A stretch of DNA of 64,000 bases, taken from Blepharisma stoltei ATCC 30299. Its lineage: Eukaryota; Protista; Ciliophora. The stretch lies in the NCBI GenBank assembly GCA_965603825.1, contig CBFDEM010000014.1:496001-560000 (forward strand). The letters run 5' to 3'. Below the pieces are notes generated by a model, which did not search any database, was not told the DNA's origin, and worked only from the letters and a program-made list of their open reading frames with translations. How positions within the stretch are numbered: position 1 is the first letter of the stretch; every line of letters begins with the position of its first letter. This document shows, in pieces, positions 36,470 through 49,237 of the stretch. Position numbers and translations under genes: made by a program.

Positions 36470-37870
36470 ATGCCAAAAAAGACATGCAGCTCACATAACG
36501 ATTGTAACGATCACGGCGATTGCATATCTGATAAATGCAGCTGTGATTTGGGATGATTTGGGGACAAATGCAACAAGAATGGAATTGATGAGTGAGGCGA
36601 AGAAACCTGAAAGACGCTAGTAATTGTATTTTCTATTATGTTTTTCCTTCTCTTTACGCTAGCTTTAACCAAACTCTATAAGACTATTAACAGCGACAAG
36701 CATTGAGGAATCAACCGGACTTTTGTTAGATTATTCAGAAGCCCAAAGCACTTAAGTTTATTTTACATAAGCCTAGTTGGAGCCTTAAGAGGGATTTGAA
36801 TCTCTTATGACCCTTATAGCCTAAACAATAAAATGCCTCGAGTTGGAGACCGTTTGCTTTGTGAGATGGTGTATCCATTACTTTATGGAGTATATACATG
36901 TGTTTTATTAGTATGAGGCGGCTTATATCAAGGAATAGCATCTAAAAAAACGGATCCTTTTAGAATTTTAAGAAGAGTTCTGTTATGGATTATGATTATC
37001 TCCTTCCCTGGAATAGCCACACTGAGTATTCTTAAAGGAATGAGATATTCTAACACTACTGCTTTTATCCTTGGGTCTGTCTGTGTAGGATTGGGAATTG
37101 TAATTCTTGTTTTTGGGTTTATATTATTTACAGTATTACTTTTCTGCTACATAGACAATAATTCTAAAAAGAATGATCTCGAAGAAGGCAAGCTTTATAG
37201 TGCTACCTTAAGTGAGGCCCAGCCAATGCTGACGACAGAGAAACAAGATGATATCCCTTTAACTCCAAATTTATTCAGAAGGGCATCACAAATTTTTATG
37301 TTTAACGAATCTGTAAATAAAAATCAAGAAGAAGTGTTAGCTGATAGGTCAGATGACGAATGAGATCGAAATATTTATCAAAAAAAGCAATCAAGGACTT
37401 GGTACAGCTTTCAAAGTGAGGACTTATTTGAAGACAGTGGAAAATTTGTGAGAACTAATACTAAATACGAGAGCTTTTCCATAAGATATCCATCAAAACA
37501 TGGGCAAGTAAGTCACTATATTCTTAACCTCACTAAAGAAGACGGTGTGGTATTCAGAAAGATCGTTATCTTATCAACTCTTTCAGCCATTTTAGGAATA
37601 AGTGTTCTACTCCTTTACATTTCGTTTACAATGAGTAACTGAGGAGACAAACCTCATGGTACCCTAACCGCTATTTATGTTTCGTTTTCGCTAGAATTAT
37701 TTTCTTGCGTGATTATCTATATTGTATTTACAACTCAAATAAAAGTTGAGGCTAAAGAAAGACTTAAGTTTGTTACAAGAATTTGTATTGATAAATCTGA
37801 TAAAGAAGCAATTATATCGTACCCTAAAAATTTGGCTCATATTGGAGACAAATTATATTACTATTTTTAA
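36470..37870 (+). CDS. EGF-like domain + seven-transmembrane receptor-like protein
   Basis: 467 codons with 8 TGA=Trp. CSSHNDCNDHGDCISDKCSCDLGWFGDKC, then about 7 hydrophobic segments with a long polar loop after the fifth. Alternative in-frame ATG at 36386. Confidence 0.8.
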
Positions 37871-37900
37871 TTATGTTATTGCATAGGCGTTGACTATTTG

Positions 37901-40900
37901 TTAAAATTTGTTTAAATCGCATTGTGGTTTTATAAATCTTTTGCTAACTCCTGAAAAAATAGACAGTACTTCTTTATAGTGATTCCTTATTAAAAACAGC
38001 CCAGTTTGAGAATTGACTTGACTAAGCATTTGGCTTAAGCTTTTACTTTGTTCTTCTACTCTTTGGTATTTCTATATTACCCTTACATATTCAGCAATAA
38101 ACGCTTTCTTCTTCATTTCTCTTTTCTTTTTAATTCTCCAAAACCTTTGTATAATTCTTGCAGCTGCATCCTTTGAATCGAACAGCCTAACAAAATCTTC
38201 ATGCTTTTCTCTATATTGTTGAAAATGAATATTTAAATTTTTAAGTTCTCTTTCAACTCCTTTTTTAGCATATTTGCACTCATCAATTTCTATTTCTTTT
38301 CTTGCTATTACAGAAACCAAAGTTTCTATTAAGTCTCCTCTGTCTTCAGATATCCATTCAAGCTGAATGCTAAATAAGGATTACTTTTTAAACAAAATAC
38401 TTGAATAAAGCGCTGATACTATGGTAAGGAGGCTTGTTAAGTGAAGTGTAAGGTCTTTTAAATTTGATGGGTTCTTGCTTGGAGAAGTAGGAAATGCAGC
38501 ATTTGTCGATAAAACTTGCCCAATTCCAGTAACCTCGAATTGTTTAAGTTGAGATAAGTGAAGAAATGCTTCAGTTTCTTGACTTCTGCGAATTAAAGCT
38601 TCTTTCACGATTTTTCCAATCGGCAATTGCTGAATACTTATTTTTTCGTTTAATTTTTGGAATGGGAATTCTGAGCTTTTATTCACATTTTTATTTGGGC
38701 TAAGCTTTGCAGGACTTACTGATTTGCATTTCATTTCTTGCAGAGACCCTTCAATAGACTCCTGCATTTCTAAAATCATAAGCATATGCTCCATTGTTTT
38801 ATTGACCGTTAAGCTCTCTTCTTTTTCAGCATCTTTTGCTTTTTTCATTAGTGCCTCTTGCTGCATCTGTATCATAGTTTTCGAGTTTCCAGTTTGGATC
38901 GACTTAGGCAATTTATTTCTTTCAATCCCAAACTCCTTTTCTATTTCTAAAACAGTCTTTTCAAATGGCTTAAAAACTCGAGGATTTTTTGAAGCTTGAA
39001 GTCGCACTTGTTGGAGGAATTTATCATGTACGACCTTCGACAAATGGAAAATCTGGATGTTGTCTTGGCGGTCTAGCTGCATTCGGTCAACAATTTTACA
39101 GTAAATTGTCACTAATGATGATAGAAAATCAAAGAAGCTACCTCCTGGAGGCTGCTTATGATTTTTTAAAAAATATTTTAGCCATGGTATAAGCTGCCAT
39201 TCTTCTTTTGTAGGATTTCTGGAGTTTCCTGACCTTGCTTCTTCTAGTTCTAAAGCTAGCTGCATATTTTCTATCACATATGAAGCAATACATTGGTATT
39301 CATCTTGCTTATTAGCTTGCTGTGAGTCTTCAGCATTTTTTGTCAAATTTGTTTTTGACCGAGATCTTCCTACAGTTTTCGTTTCTTCTTTTGTACTAAA
39401 AAAGTTCATTTCAACCTTTCTTAAAGCTGCCTTTGTAGCAATAACAAGCTCAGTAGCTTCTTTTAGATCCTTTTTAAGTAAAGAATTTTCTAACAATAAA
39501 TCATTTATCTGCTTGGTGTCAGCTGTTACTGTGCTGCTTTTTCTTCTTGTGTAGAGCTGAACTTCTAAAGAAGTTGATGGATCATTATATCTTTCACTTG
39601 GAAGCTGAGGAGACGGTGATTCTTTGTCTATATTGAAGTCCTCGCTCATTTCTATGTCTTTTTCTCTGATAATTGATTCCATTTGTACAGTTAATGATGC
39701 GATTTCTTCTTTTTGTTTTTTTATTGTTGCTTCATAGTCTTTAGTAGCTTGGATGCTTGATTGAGTAAGAGAGTCTATTTCTTTTTGTTTTGCGTCTACA
39801 ATTAATTCAAGATTTCTTTGGTGCTGAGCTTCGCTTTCTCTTTTGTCTTTATCAAATTTGGAATTAATCTGCGTGATTTCACTCATATATTTTTCTTTGA
39901 TTTGTTTCTTTTCATTCTCAAGTTTAGCTGTTAATTCTTTTATAATTTTTTCTTTTTCTGCTAAAAATTTTGAAGAAAGTTCATTGAGCTGGCTGTTTTG
40001 TTTGGAAATTTGGTCATCTTTATTCTTCAGAATAAATTCATGCTTCTGTATTTCAGTGTGATATTCTTTCTCCTTTGCCTCGAGCTGAGATTTTAAAGAT
40101 TGAGACAATTCTTCTAATTGCTTATCAAATGCTTTTTTATCTTTTTTAATTTTTAACTCATAATGAGCTTGAAGGTCTTTTGTGTCCTTTACATACTTTT
40201 CTTCAGCAGCTTTTTCCAACATTTTTTTCTCTTCATCAGACTTTTTCATTGCTTCTTCAAATTCACATTTGATTTTCGTAATTTCAATTTTTGCCTTCTT
40301 TTGACAGGTATATTGTATACCCAATAAATCATTTTTAAATTTCTGAATTTGCTCAATTTTTTTATTAACTCTTTCAGTAATTTCGTTTTGGAATTTGTCA
40401 AACATTTTTTCAACCGTCCTAAATCCATTAGCAAATTCATTTTTTAAGTTTTGGAATTGTTTGCTTCTATTTCTGACTTCTTGTCTATAGTTTGAAATAG
40501 CGTTTTCTTTTTCTTTTAAGTCTTCATTTAGCTTGCTAGCTCTTTGCTCAACAGCTGACTTTTGAGTATTTAAATTTTTATTTTCCCTTAATAAGCTTTC
40601 ATATTCTACCTTTAAGTGAGTATAAATGTCATTTAATTGGCTTAGCTCGCCTTCTTTCTTTTCAAGCTTATCACGCTCTTCTTTTATTTTTTCTGCTAAA
40701 ACACTCTTTTTGTTGGCTAGTTTTTTATTGCTTTCTCCTGTCTCTTCAAGCTGTCTTAGAAAAGTGTCCTTGTCTATGACTAGCTGTGTGTTATATTCCT
40801 GAGCAGATTTTAACTCTTTTATTAAATTTTCGCATTGAAGCTGAGCCAGCATTTTTTCTTTTTCAGCATTTTCTAAAATAATCGCTTTTTCTTTTAATTC

Positions 40901-43099
40901 TACTTCAATTGTATCATGCTCTTTTCATGCTTCTTCAACTTGACTTTTTAAGTCTAAATTGTCAGAAATGAGTTCTTGCAGCCTTCTTTGTGTATCCTTT
41001 AGCTCATTTTGCACATATTCTTTGCTTTCTTCTAAAATCTGCACTTCGTGGATTTTTTCTTCAAATTCTACTGTTTTTGTTGAAAGTGACTGAACTTTAT
41101 TTTGCAAATCATTTTTCTCTTTTAATAGGCTTTCTTTATCATTTTTATATTTTTCAGCTTCCTCTTTTACCATTCTTAATTGCTCTTTAAACTCGTTAAC
41201 TGTTTTTTCAAACTCTTTTTCTTTCTCAGAAACTTGTGCTTTTAATAGTAATCTTTCTTTTTCAGCTGCTGATTTTCATTCCTCAACCTTTTTCTCCGTT
41301 TGCGTTTTAATTTTATCCTGATTTCTCTTAGCCCTTTCCAGTTCTTTCTCAAAAGTTTCAATTTCTTCTTGATGCTGGGCTTTTGAAAAAATCAGTTCAT
41401 CTCTTGTTTCCTGCAAATCTCTGTCTTTTGCTTTTACTTGTTCTTGTAAATTTAAAAAATTTGACTGGATTTGAGCGACCCTTTCTTTTTCAGTGCTTAG
41501 TTTATTTTTTATTTCATCTAATTCAGTTGATAGTTGGCTTGTCCTTATAAGCCTGTCATTTCTTTCCTGCTCCAGCTCAGCTTGACACCTCTTTAAGTCT
41601 TTCTTTAGTTCTTTATTTTTTTCTTGAATTTCCATCATCTGCGATTTAGATTGATTTATGTCTTGTTCTTGCTCAAGCATAAGCTTCTCTATTTCTTCCA
41701 TATCTCTTCTTTGATCTTCATCTTTTTTGTTTATTCTAGCTTGATAATAAGCATGGATTTTTTGAATTTCAGCTTTTTTGCTTTCTTCAAGCTCGATTAA
41801 AGCTGCAGGACTGGCACCTGAGTTTTTTTTAATCTCTTCAATTAAAATTTCCAAGTTTTCTTTTTCTGTGGTAGTTTTTTCAAGTTTTTCTCTTAGCCCA
41901 GAAATTTCATTGAGCAACTGTTGTTTTTCTAAATACCATGAATTGTTGCCATCATTTATTCGATCTAGCTCTGCTTGAAGTTGAGCGCATAGTGCTTTAT
42001 AATCAACTTTCTTATTGATTTCAGGCCTGTTTTCTACTTTCATAGCTCTCGTTCCAAACGCTAATGAAGAAAGACTTTCCTGCAAATGCGAAATAGAAGG
42101 TCCAATTGTTAAAATCAATGAAGTCTTAGAATTCCCTCCAAGTGAATCTTCAAGTAGCCTTGTTAATTTTGAATCCCTAAACGGCACATATTTTGCTTTC
42201 TTATCAGCCAAAGCTTGAATACAATTCCCAAGTGCTAAAAGTGCCAAATTAATATTTTTCGCTTCATCAAGCCTGCTTCCTACAGCTTTCGATTTTTTCA
42301 CTCTTTCACTTCCTGCTAAATCTACCAAAAACAATGTACTTTTCGTCATGCTATTATCGCCGCTTTCTCCTTGTTTTTCTAATTCTTCTATCTGTTCTTC
42401 TGTCAATCTTACTCTTTTTTCAACTTTTACCATATAAACAGCATGAGACCGGCTAGACGTCGAATTCATGCTGGTAAATGCTGTGTTTCTATTTTTATCG
42501 CCAATATACATGAGCTCCATACATTCCCTTGTTGAGCCTACATTTACTCATGAAATTCCAGATAAATAAACCCCTTCATCAGGGTCTTCTCGGATACGAA
42601 TTTGTTTGTCATTGCTGGGAAATAATAAATCCTGAAGCATTTCCATGTATAGTTGAAGAAATCCTACTTGGACTGTATAAGCGTGATTGGAATCTTCTTG
42701 AATATGCTGAAAAATCTGCTGTATTGCGCGAGGAGTTACCCCTCTAGAATCTCCTTGACCGCCCATCATTGTAAATGTTTTTCCTGTTCCTGTTTGTCCA
42801 TATGCAAATATTGTTCCATTATATCCTTGAAGAACGCTATCAACTACTGGCTTTGCTGCTTTATCGTAAACTTCGGACTGTGAAGTACCATAATCAAAGG
42901 CAGAGTCAAAATTAAATGTCTTTTTGTCAAAATCCTTTTTTATTACAACAATTCCTTTTGAAGGATCAATAAAATCAATTGATGAGTCCCTGCCAGATCT
43001 ATTTATATCGTCATCATTAAAGGGGCGAACTCGTAAATGTACCATCACTCTTTCGTATTTACCTTGCTTTTTGAGCTCCTCAGGTATATTGGATGACAT
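37901..43099 (-). CDS. Large N-terminal-motor kinesin with long coiled coil and C-terminal IQ-like motif, 2 introns
   Basis: YGQTGTGKT, NSTSSRSH, LVDLAGSE, VPFRDSKLTRLL. Three TGA=Trp; introns 38370-38384 and 38072-38086; AARIIQRFWR. Confidence 0.9.
38072..38086 (-). other. 15-nt intron GTAAGGGTAATATAG
   Basis: Removes TAG; frame continues 57 codons to TAA 37901; A10. Confidence 0.78.
38370..38384 (-). other. 15-nt intron GTAATCCTTATTTAG
   Basis: Removes TAA between same-frame ORFs; A10. Confidence 0.88.
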
Positions 43100-43543
43100 T
43101 ATAAATTTTAAATTGTTATTATTGGAAAAGAATGGATGTTTGATTATTGGGCATAAGAATAAATAAATTTAATGCCATTGATACTTTTATGCTAGTCCTG
43201 TAAAGGATAGGTTTTAAATTTTAAAATTGAAAAATTAATTATTTCAACAATATTGATTTTGAAGATGTGGAGGCTTACAAGTTAAGTAAAATTAAATAAT
43301 TAAATTTATTTTTTATTTTGGTAAAATTTATGCAATGATTTCAATGCATTTCGGATAGCTGCTTCAACTTATTATAAATTAATTTATCTAATGGGAAAGC
43401 TTTAAATTAAATTTGAGACTATTATGCCGGCCTTATTATATTTATTTAATTATTATATTGAATAGTCTTATTCGTTCCAAGCATCAAACCAGAAAAATAT
43501 ATCAAATTATAAATAATAGTATTTCAATTTTAAATATTAAACC

Positions 43544-45454
43544 ATGGAGTGCGCTCATAATTTTGCCTATGCCGAGGAAGAAGACGAGGATCTTGGAATG
43601 GATCTTTTTGGTGGTGAGGAGGAAAAAAAGCAAGTTTCAAAGCCCTCTGATTCAAAAATGCATGTCAGAAGTTCATCGATTGAGATGCTGCCCAATCCAC
43701 AGCAAAAGGCTAGATCCCATCCTCAAAGATGTCAAGTTGACACTAATGTAGTCGAAATTAATCTCAACTGTCTTCAACAAGACTTTCAGCTTGCAACAGG
43801 AGAGCCAATGTTCTGCTCAACATGCAGTTGCGTTTTTAATTCTTTTAGCCACTACGTCAGACAGGAACAGAACATTGTATGGACTTGCGAATTCTGTGGA
43901 ACTATTAATAATTTGCAGATAGAAGATGAAGAAATCCCAACAGTTGCAGAATTGACTTATGTAGTAGAAAGTGCTGGCGAAGTTGCTGAAGCTCGACATG
44001 GAACTGACGATAACTCTGCTATTATTTTCTGTATCGACATTTCTGGCTCTATGTGTGTAAGCAAAGCTGTATCTGGCAACTTAAATTTAAAAACTAATAA
44101 GCAGCAAGAACTTATGAAGCTAGCTGGCTTAGACGAGCAAGAGCAGCACATGCCTGGAGAAAGAAGAGATATTACTTATGTCTCAAGGCTTGAATGTGTA
44201 CAAGGCGCTATCGAATCTCAGTTAAAAGAGCTTAAACATGGCGCCTCAAATAGAAGAGTCGGAATTGTAACTTTTAATGGAGAAGTCAGAGTCATTGGTG
44301 ATGGCAGAGCTGATGAAGTAATTGCTGGGGATAGACTTTATTCATATGATAACATTTCTAAAGCTTTTGAAGGAAGATTCGAAAGCCTTATGGGAAGAAG
44401 AGTTGGGGAAACCGCTGAAGAACTGATAGCAAAGGTTTACCAGCTAGAAGAAGGAGGCCCAACAGCTCTTGGTCCAGCCTTGTTGGCTTCAATTATACTT
44501 GCTGCTCAAGGTGGAGCTGGTTCAAAAGTGATTATTTGTACAGACGGCCTTGCAAATGTGGGACTTGGGTCGCTAGAACTTGGACTTGAAGAAACTTCTG
44601 AAGCATTTTATGCTGAGCTCGGCAGATTTGCATCAGAAAAAGGTATAAGTGTTTCCTTGATTTCTATTGAAGGGGAGGAATGCAAACTTGAGCGTCTTTC
44701 TACTATTACTGAACTAACAAATGGAGATATCTTAAGAGTTCAGCCAGAGCATATAAGTGAAGAATTTGCTAATATTTTATCAGACAATGTTATAGCTACA
44801 CACGTCAGTTTGACTGTGATTCTCCATAAAGCTCTTTATTTCAGAAATGAAGACGCAGCTGACTTGTCATGGAATAAATCACGCCTTAATAAAAAAATAG
44901 GAAACGCTACAGCAAGCTCTTCCGTTACATTTAGCTATGGCCTGAAGCAAAATGCTATACTCTTACGTGAAGGGATTGACAAAAATAAGCTTAAAGAAGT
45001 CCCAATGCAGTCTATTATAAGATATTCAAGCTTAAATGGGATGAAATGTGTCAGATCCATCACAAGAATCCAGCCTGTAACTTTTGACCTTAACCAAGCC
45101 AGACAAGATGCTAAATTTGACATTTTGGCCAGAGCAGGAACTAGACAAGCTGCTAAGATGGCTATGGATGGAAGATTTGAAGCAGCCAAAGAGCACGCTC
45201 AGCTATGGAAAGAGAAACTCCAAGAACAAGTTGTAAACGAAGAACAAGAAATGGAGCTAAATGCGCTTGAAGCAGATTTAATGGAAATTAATGAAGGAGT
45301 AGAGAATCAAAAGCAGCTAGAAAGAGACATGGGGATTGCTTTTGAAGAAGATATAGACGTAGCCGAGCTCAAAAACGAAAGAAGAAAAAATTATGGGGAT
45401 GATTTCACTTCAAAATTCAAAGGTCTTTTTAAGAAGAAAAAGCGCAATAATTAG
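43544..45454 (+). CDS. Sec23/24-type Zn finger + vWA protein (resembles the non-Ras part of circularly permuted Ras protein 1)
   Basis: CSTC..WTCEFC; IIFCIDISGSM MIDAS; GPTALGPAL; ICTDGLANVGLG. Confidence 0.78.
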   Translation: MECAHNFAYAEEEDEDLGMDLFGGEEEKKQVSKPSDSKMHVRSSSIEMLPNPQQKARSHPQRCQVDTNVVEINLNCLQQDFQLATGEPMFCSTCSCVFNSFSHYVRQEQNIVWTCEFCGTINNLQIEDEEIPTVAELTYVVESAGEVAEARHGTDDNSAIIFCIDISGSMCVSKAVSGNLNLKTNKQQELMKLAGLDEQEQHMPGERRDITYVSRLECVQGAIESQLKELKHGASNRRVGIVTFNGEVRVIGDGRADEVIAGDRLYSYDNISKAFEGRFESLMGRRVGETAEELIAKVYQLEEGGPTALGPALLASIILAAQGGAGSKVIICTDGLANVGLGSLELGLEETSEAFYAELGRFASEKGISVSLISIEGEECKLERLSTITELTNGDILRVQPEHISEEFANILSDNVIATHVSLTVILHKALYFRNEDAADLSWNKSRLNKKIGNATASSSVTFSYGLKQNAILLREGIDKNKLKEVPMQSIIRYSSLNGMKCVRSITRIQPVTFDLNQARQDAKFDILARAGTRQAAKMAMDGRFEAAKEHAQLWKEKLQEQVVNEEQEMELNALEADLMEINEGVENQKQLERDMGIAFEEDIDVAELKNERRKNYGDDFTSKFKGLFKKKKRNN

Positions 45455-45619
45455 TTACTAATTAAATTATCAGTTGCAGTGTTCATTATGAAAAGGCTAG
45501 TATTACACGTGGTCTCATTTCTGCTAATTAAGCAAATAATTGCTTACTTAATGCTTTCTTTATCCAGAAATATATAAAGAAAAGCTTGAAATATATTTTA
45601 ATTTAGTAATAAAACCTTC

Positions 45620-47152
45620 ATGATAAAGACTGATGAATTGCCTCAGAAGCGAGAAGCAGACTCAGAAATTCCTGCAGCATTGAAAAAGAAAAAAACAAAA
45701 GACTCAAAACTCGTGTCAAAATTTACATTAAAACCACAGCACACAAGTCCATGCTTGTCTGATATTCATAATCTCTTACTTTGGATATTATCAGAAACGA
45801 GAGGAACAATGCCAAAGTGAGTATTTGTGCAAGTAATATCTTTGTAGAATAAGAATTTAATCAACCAAGTTGTTTTGCTATTCTTGCCTGGACTTGATCT
45901 TTGTGTATTAAATGAGCATTCAGACCATGCTCCTTTTCTATCAGCATTGACTAAAAGGCATGATATTTCGACTGTTCTTAGACATGGGAAACGGCAAATA
46001 AATGGAAAATATATTCATACGGTGATAGTCAACCAAAAATCAATTAAATGCAAAGTGGATCATGGACTTGAAAAAATTGGGATAGAAGGCTATTTGATGA
46101 CTGAAAATCAGTTATTGGCAAATAATTATGAAATACAAGAATATGAGGGATGGGTCACAACTGGGTGCAATAAAAATGCTGTGCCAATTATCGCTTTGGA
46201 TTGCGAAATGGTAAGGACTCAGCAAGGTTTGGAGCTTGCAAGGGTATCAATTGTGGATGCTGACTCAAAAATTATTTACGATAAATATGTGAAACCGAGC
46301 AGTCAAATTTTAGATTATTTGACTCCTTTTTCTGGAATAACTCCAGAAATTTTAGAAAATATTAACATTACTCTTCCACAGGTCCAGCAAGAAATATTGG
46401 GTATTGTTTCGTCAGACACAATAATATGTGGGCATTCGTTAGAAAATGATTTAAGAGTCTTAAAGCTTATACATTATAAAATCATTGACACTTCAGTCAT
46501 ATATCCTCATCCTACGCTTGGTTTTAAATATAGCTTGAAAAGTTTGGCAGCCAAATATTTGAGAAAAAATATACAAAACGGTTCTCATGACAGCGGAGAA
46601 GATGCAGCCGCGGCTCTAGAGCTTGTTACAATGAAATTATGCCATGGGCCATCTTTTGGAATTCCTGATATAAAATATATAGATTCAAATTTATTTGAAG
46701 ACATTGCTTATGAAGGTAAAAAATCAGTTATGGTCGGGATTATAGGGAAAAATGAATTAATTGCTGGAAATCTATCAGTTGATTATTCTGGAAAAATTGA
46801 TAAATATTTCTCGAAAAATTATGCACTAATTGTATCGGAGTGAAGAGAAATTATTGAAAATAAATCTTTTCAGCATAGGGAAAGAGATATTCCAAGGATT
46901 ATTAGCGAATGAGACACAAAATTGAAAGAACTTGTTAAAACGGCACCACCCAATACTGCATTTATGATTATGTCAGGCGAAGGAGATGTACATTTGGCCG
47001 CCGAGTAATGGGTATTTAGAAATGATGAGCAAAGGTCAAAACATCAAGAAACCTGGACATCAGAGCAGGAAATCGAATGAAACAAGCTCCAATTCAATCT
47101 CAATAAAACTTTTGGAATCTTGTTTTGCCCTAATCAAGTGAAATTAGAATAG
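45620..47152 (+). CDS. DEDDh RNA exonuclease (Rex1/REXO5-like), 2 introns
   Basis: ALDCEMV, ELARVS, GHSLENDL, IDTS, HDSGEDA. TGA=Trp; introns 45833-45847 and 47005-47019. Confidence 0.88.
45833..45847 (+). other. 15-nt intron GTAATATCTTTGTAG (no A at position 10)
   Basis: Removes in-frame TAG; yields WVFVQNKNLINQVVLLFLPGL. Confidence 0.8.
47005..47019 (+). other. 15-nt intron GTAATGGGTATTTAG
   Basis: Removes TAA; frame continues 44 codons to TAG 47152; A10. Confidence 0.8.
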
Positions 47153-47218
47153 AAATAATTTATGAAATTTTAAGTAACTGATTTATCATTGTTGCGAAAT
47201 AAATAAAAAATATTTAAG

Positions 47219-48997
47219 TTAGTTAACTAATTTATCAATATAAACTTTGGACTGTGACAAAATTGTTTTAAGCCTTTTTTGCTTTTCTTTTAGTGACTGT
47301 CTTAAGGCAAATTCTTTTTGAAGCTGGACTGAAAGAGTTCTAGAAAATGTTGCCATTAGGTACTGGTATTGAGCAGATTTATAATTCTCTGTAATCAGTC
47401 TCCATTTCAATAGCCATAATTTTTTGGAGTTACTATAATTTTGAGAAAATCTTTCAAAATATGGTAGAAGCATGTAAGCACCTTTTTGGCAGAGATTCAA
47501 ATTTATTTGGTCAGGGCTAAATTTAGGCGAGGGCTGAGGAGAGTCTTGTGCGAGGGAAAATATTTTTTTGCCTAATACATGAACTTTGGTTGAGTATATT
47601 TTTATGGTCTGATTTCTATATTTGTAAAAATATTTAAATTTATTCCTAAAATCACAATTTATGATGATTTCTGCAAGGTTTTTTAATTTGATTTTTGAGG
47701 ATGAAAAATAGCAAGATTTTATTACTTGAATTCATTTTTGCTTTTGAAGAGAATCATCTAAGCGCAGCATATCCCCAAGTAAAGCTTCTCTATTTCTTAT
47801 TCATAATATATCTAGCCAGCAGTTTAAATTAGAATCTGAATTATTATGCTTGGCTGATCTCAACGATAAACATTTAATTTTCCACCCTGAAAACATGAGC
47901 TTGAAAACTTGTAAGGTTTTTGATACATTTTTATCTTGGCAATATTCTACCCATTTATTGAGTGAGAAGAGAATTTTTCCTTTTTCTTTCTCTTCAGTAT
48001 TATGATTTTGATGCACATTGACAATATCATTTAGTTCTTTTTTGAATAAATCAAGCCTTTCCTTTGACAAAAATTGAGAGCCTATCATGATATCAGCTAA
48101 TTCAATTAATTTTTGGCAATCACTTTTTAATTTGGATTTTTTCAGTTTTATTTTATCTTTTATCAATTGAAACTCATTCTTTTCATCATCTAATATCATT
48201 GATTTAATATCTTGTTCTTTTATAGCGAGTTCAGATAAACGAATTGAATATTCACTGTTTTGCCTTTCAATTAAAGCGTTTTTTATTAAATCAAGGATTT
48301 TGTGATATCGATCAGACTCGAGAGTATCCTTGTTTAATTTGTCAAGATTTTTTTGATCATCAATCAAAGAACTTTTGATTTGCAAGGCTTTTTCTAAGGA
48401 TAATGCTTTGGATAATCTTGATTCCAAGTACTCAAATTTTTGGTTATAATGCTTTTTATATTCTTCACTTAATTTCGCAATTTTTGACTTTTGGCTTTCA
48501 TTTAATTCCCAATCAGATTCAAAGCTAAGGGATTTAGGGAGAGATTGATTTCTAGTTGGGCTGTCATAACCAACTTCTACAGGTTCAGACATTTTCTCAA
48601 TAGTCTTACTTGGCGAATAAATAATTGGAAGTGCATTAGGCCTAATAATTTCTTCTTCTTTTCTTCTGAAATCTGACCTAGTGCCATAAATTTTATTGGC
48701 ATTTTCATTTTTTTGCAAGATTTGATTTTGGCTTTCTTCATTTATCATTGATGATTGAGCTTTAATTTGAAAAATCAAATGAGAAATTGAGGTTTTGTAT
48801 TTCCATAAATGAAATGAGAACTTTTTTGACTCAAATTTTCGTTTCAAGCCTTCTAGCTTTAAGGATGCTATTAAAATAGACACATTATAATTGAAGTCAA
48901 TTGTTTTTTGAGTCATGAACCCAGTTTTACCGTTTTTGCTGTTTGTAGTAAAATTTTCTTTCTCTTCATCTGTATTACGCTCAGACAATCCAGACAT
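47219..48997 (-). CDS. Hypothetical Lys-rich coiled-coil protein
   Basis: ORFs 47801..49099 and 47219..47500 join through two TGA=Trp; likely start MSGLSER. Confidence 0.7.
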
Positions 48998-49237
48998 TTT
49001 TAAATACGACGTTAATTCATCATAAATTAATTTGAAAAATGAATTTAAAGTGCTCTCTGGAATAAGTCTTATTTGTATAAAAATTAGAAGCAAAGACATT
49101 TTAAATATACATATTTTAATATTATATGTTCTATTGCAAGTATAAATTATATTTTTGAATAATAAAAATATTTAATATTTTTTATGCATGATATTTATAA
49201 CAGCTATTTTTGGAAGGTTTCACAATCATTAATAATT

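Noticed and set aside
47219-48997. Sfi1-like centrin-binding repeats (scattered F/L..W-K/R)
   Set aside because: Too few and irregularly spaced to support the call.
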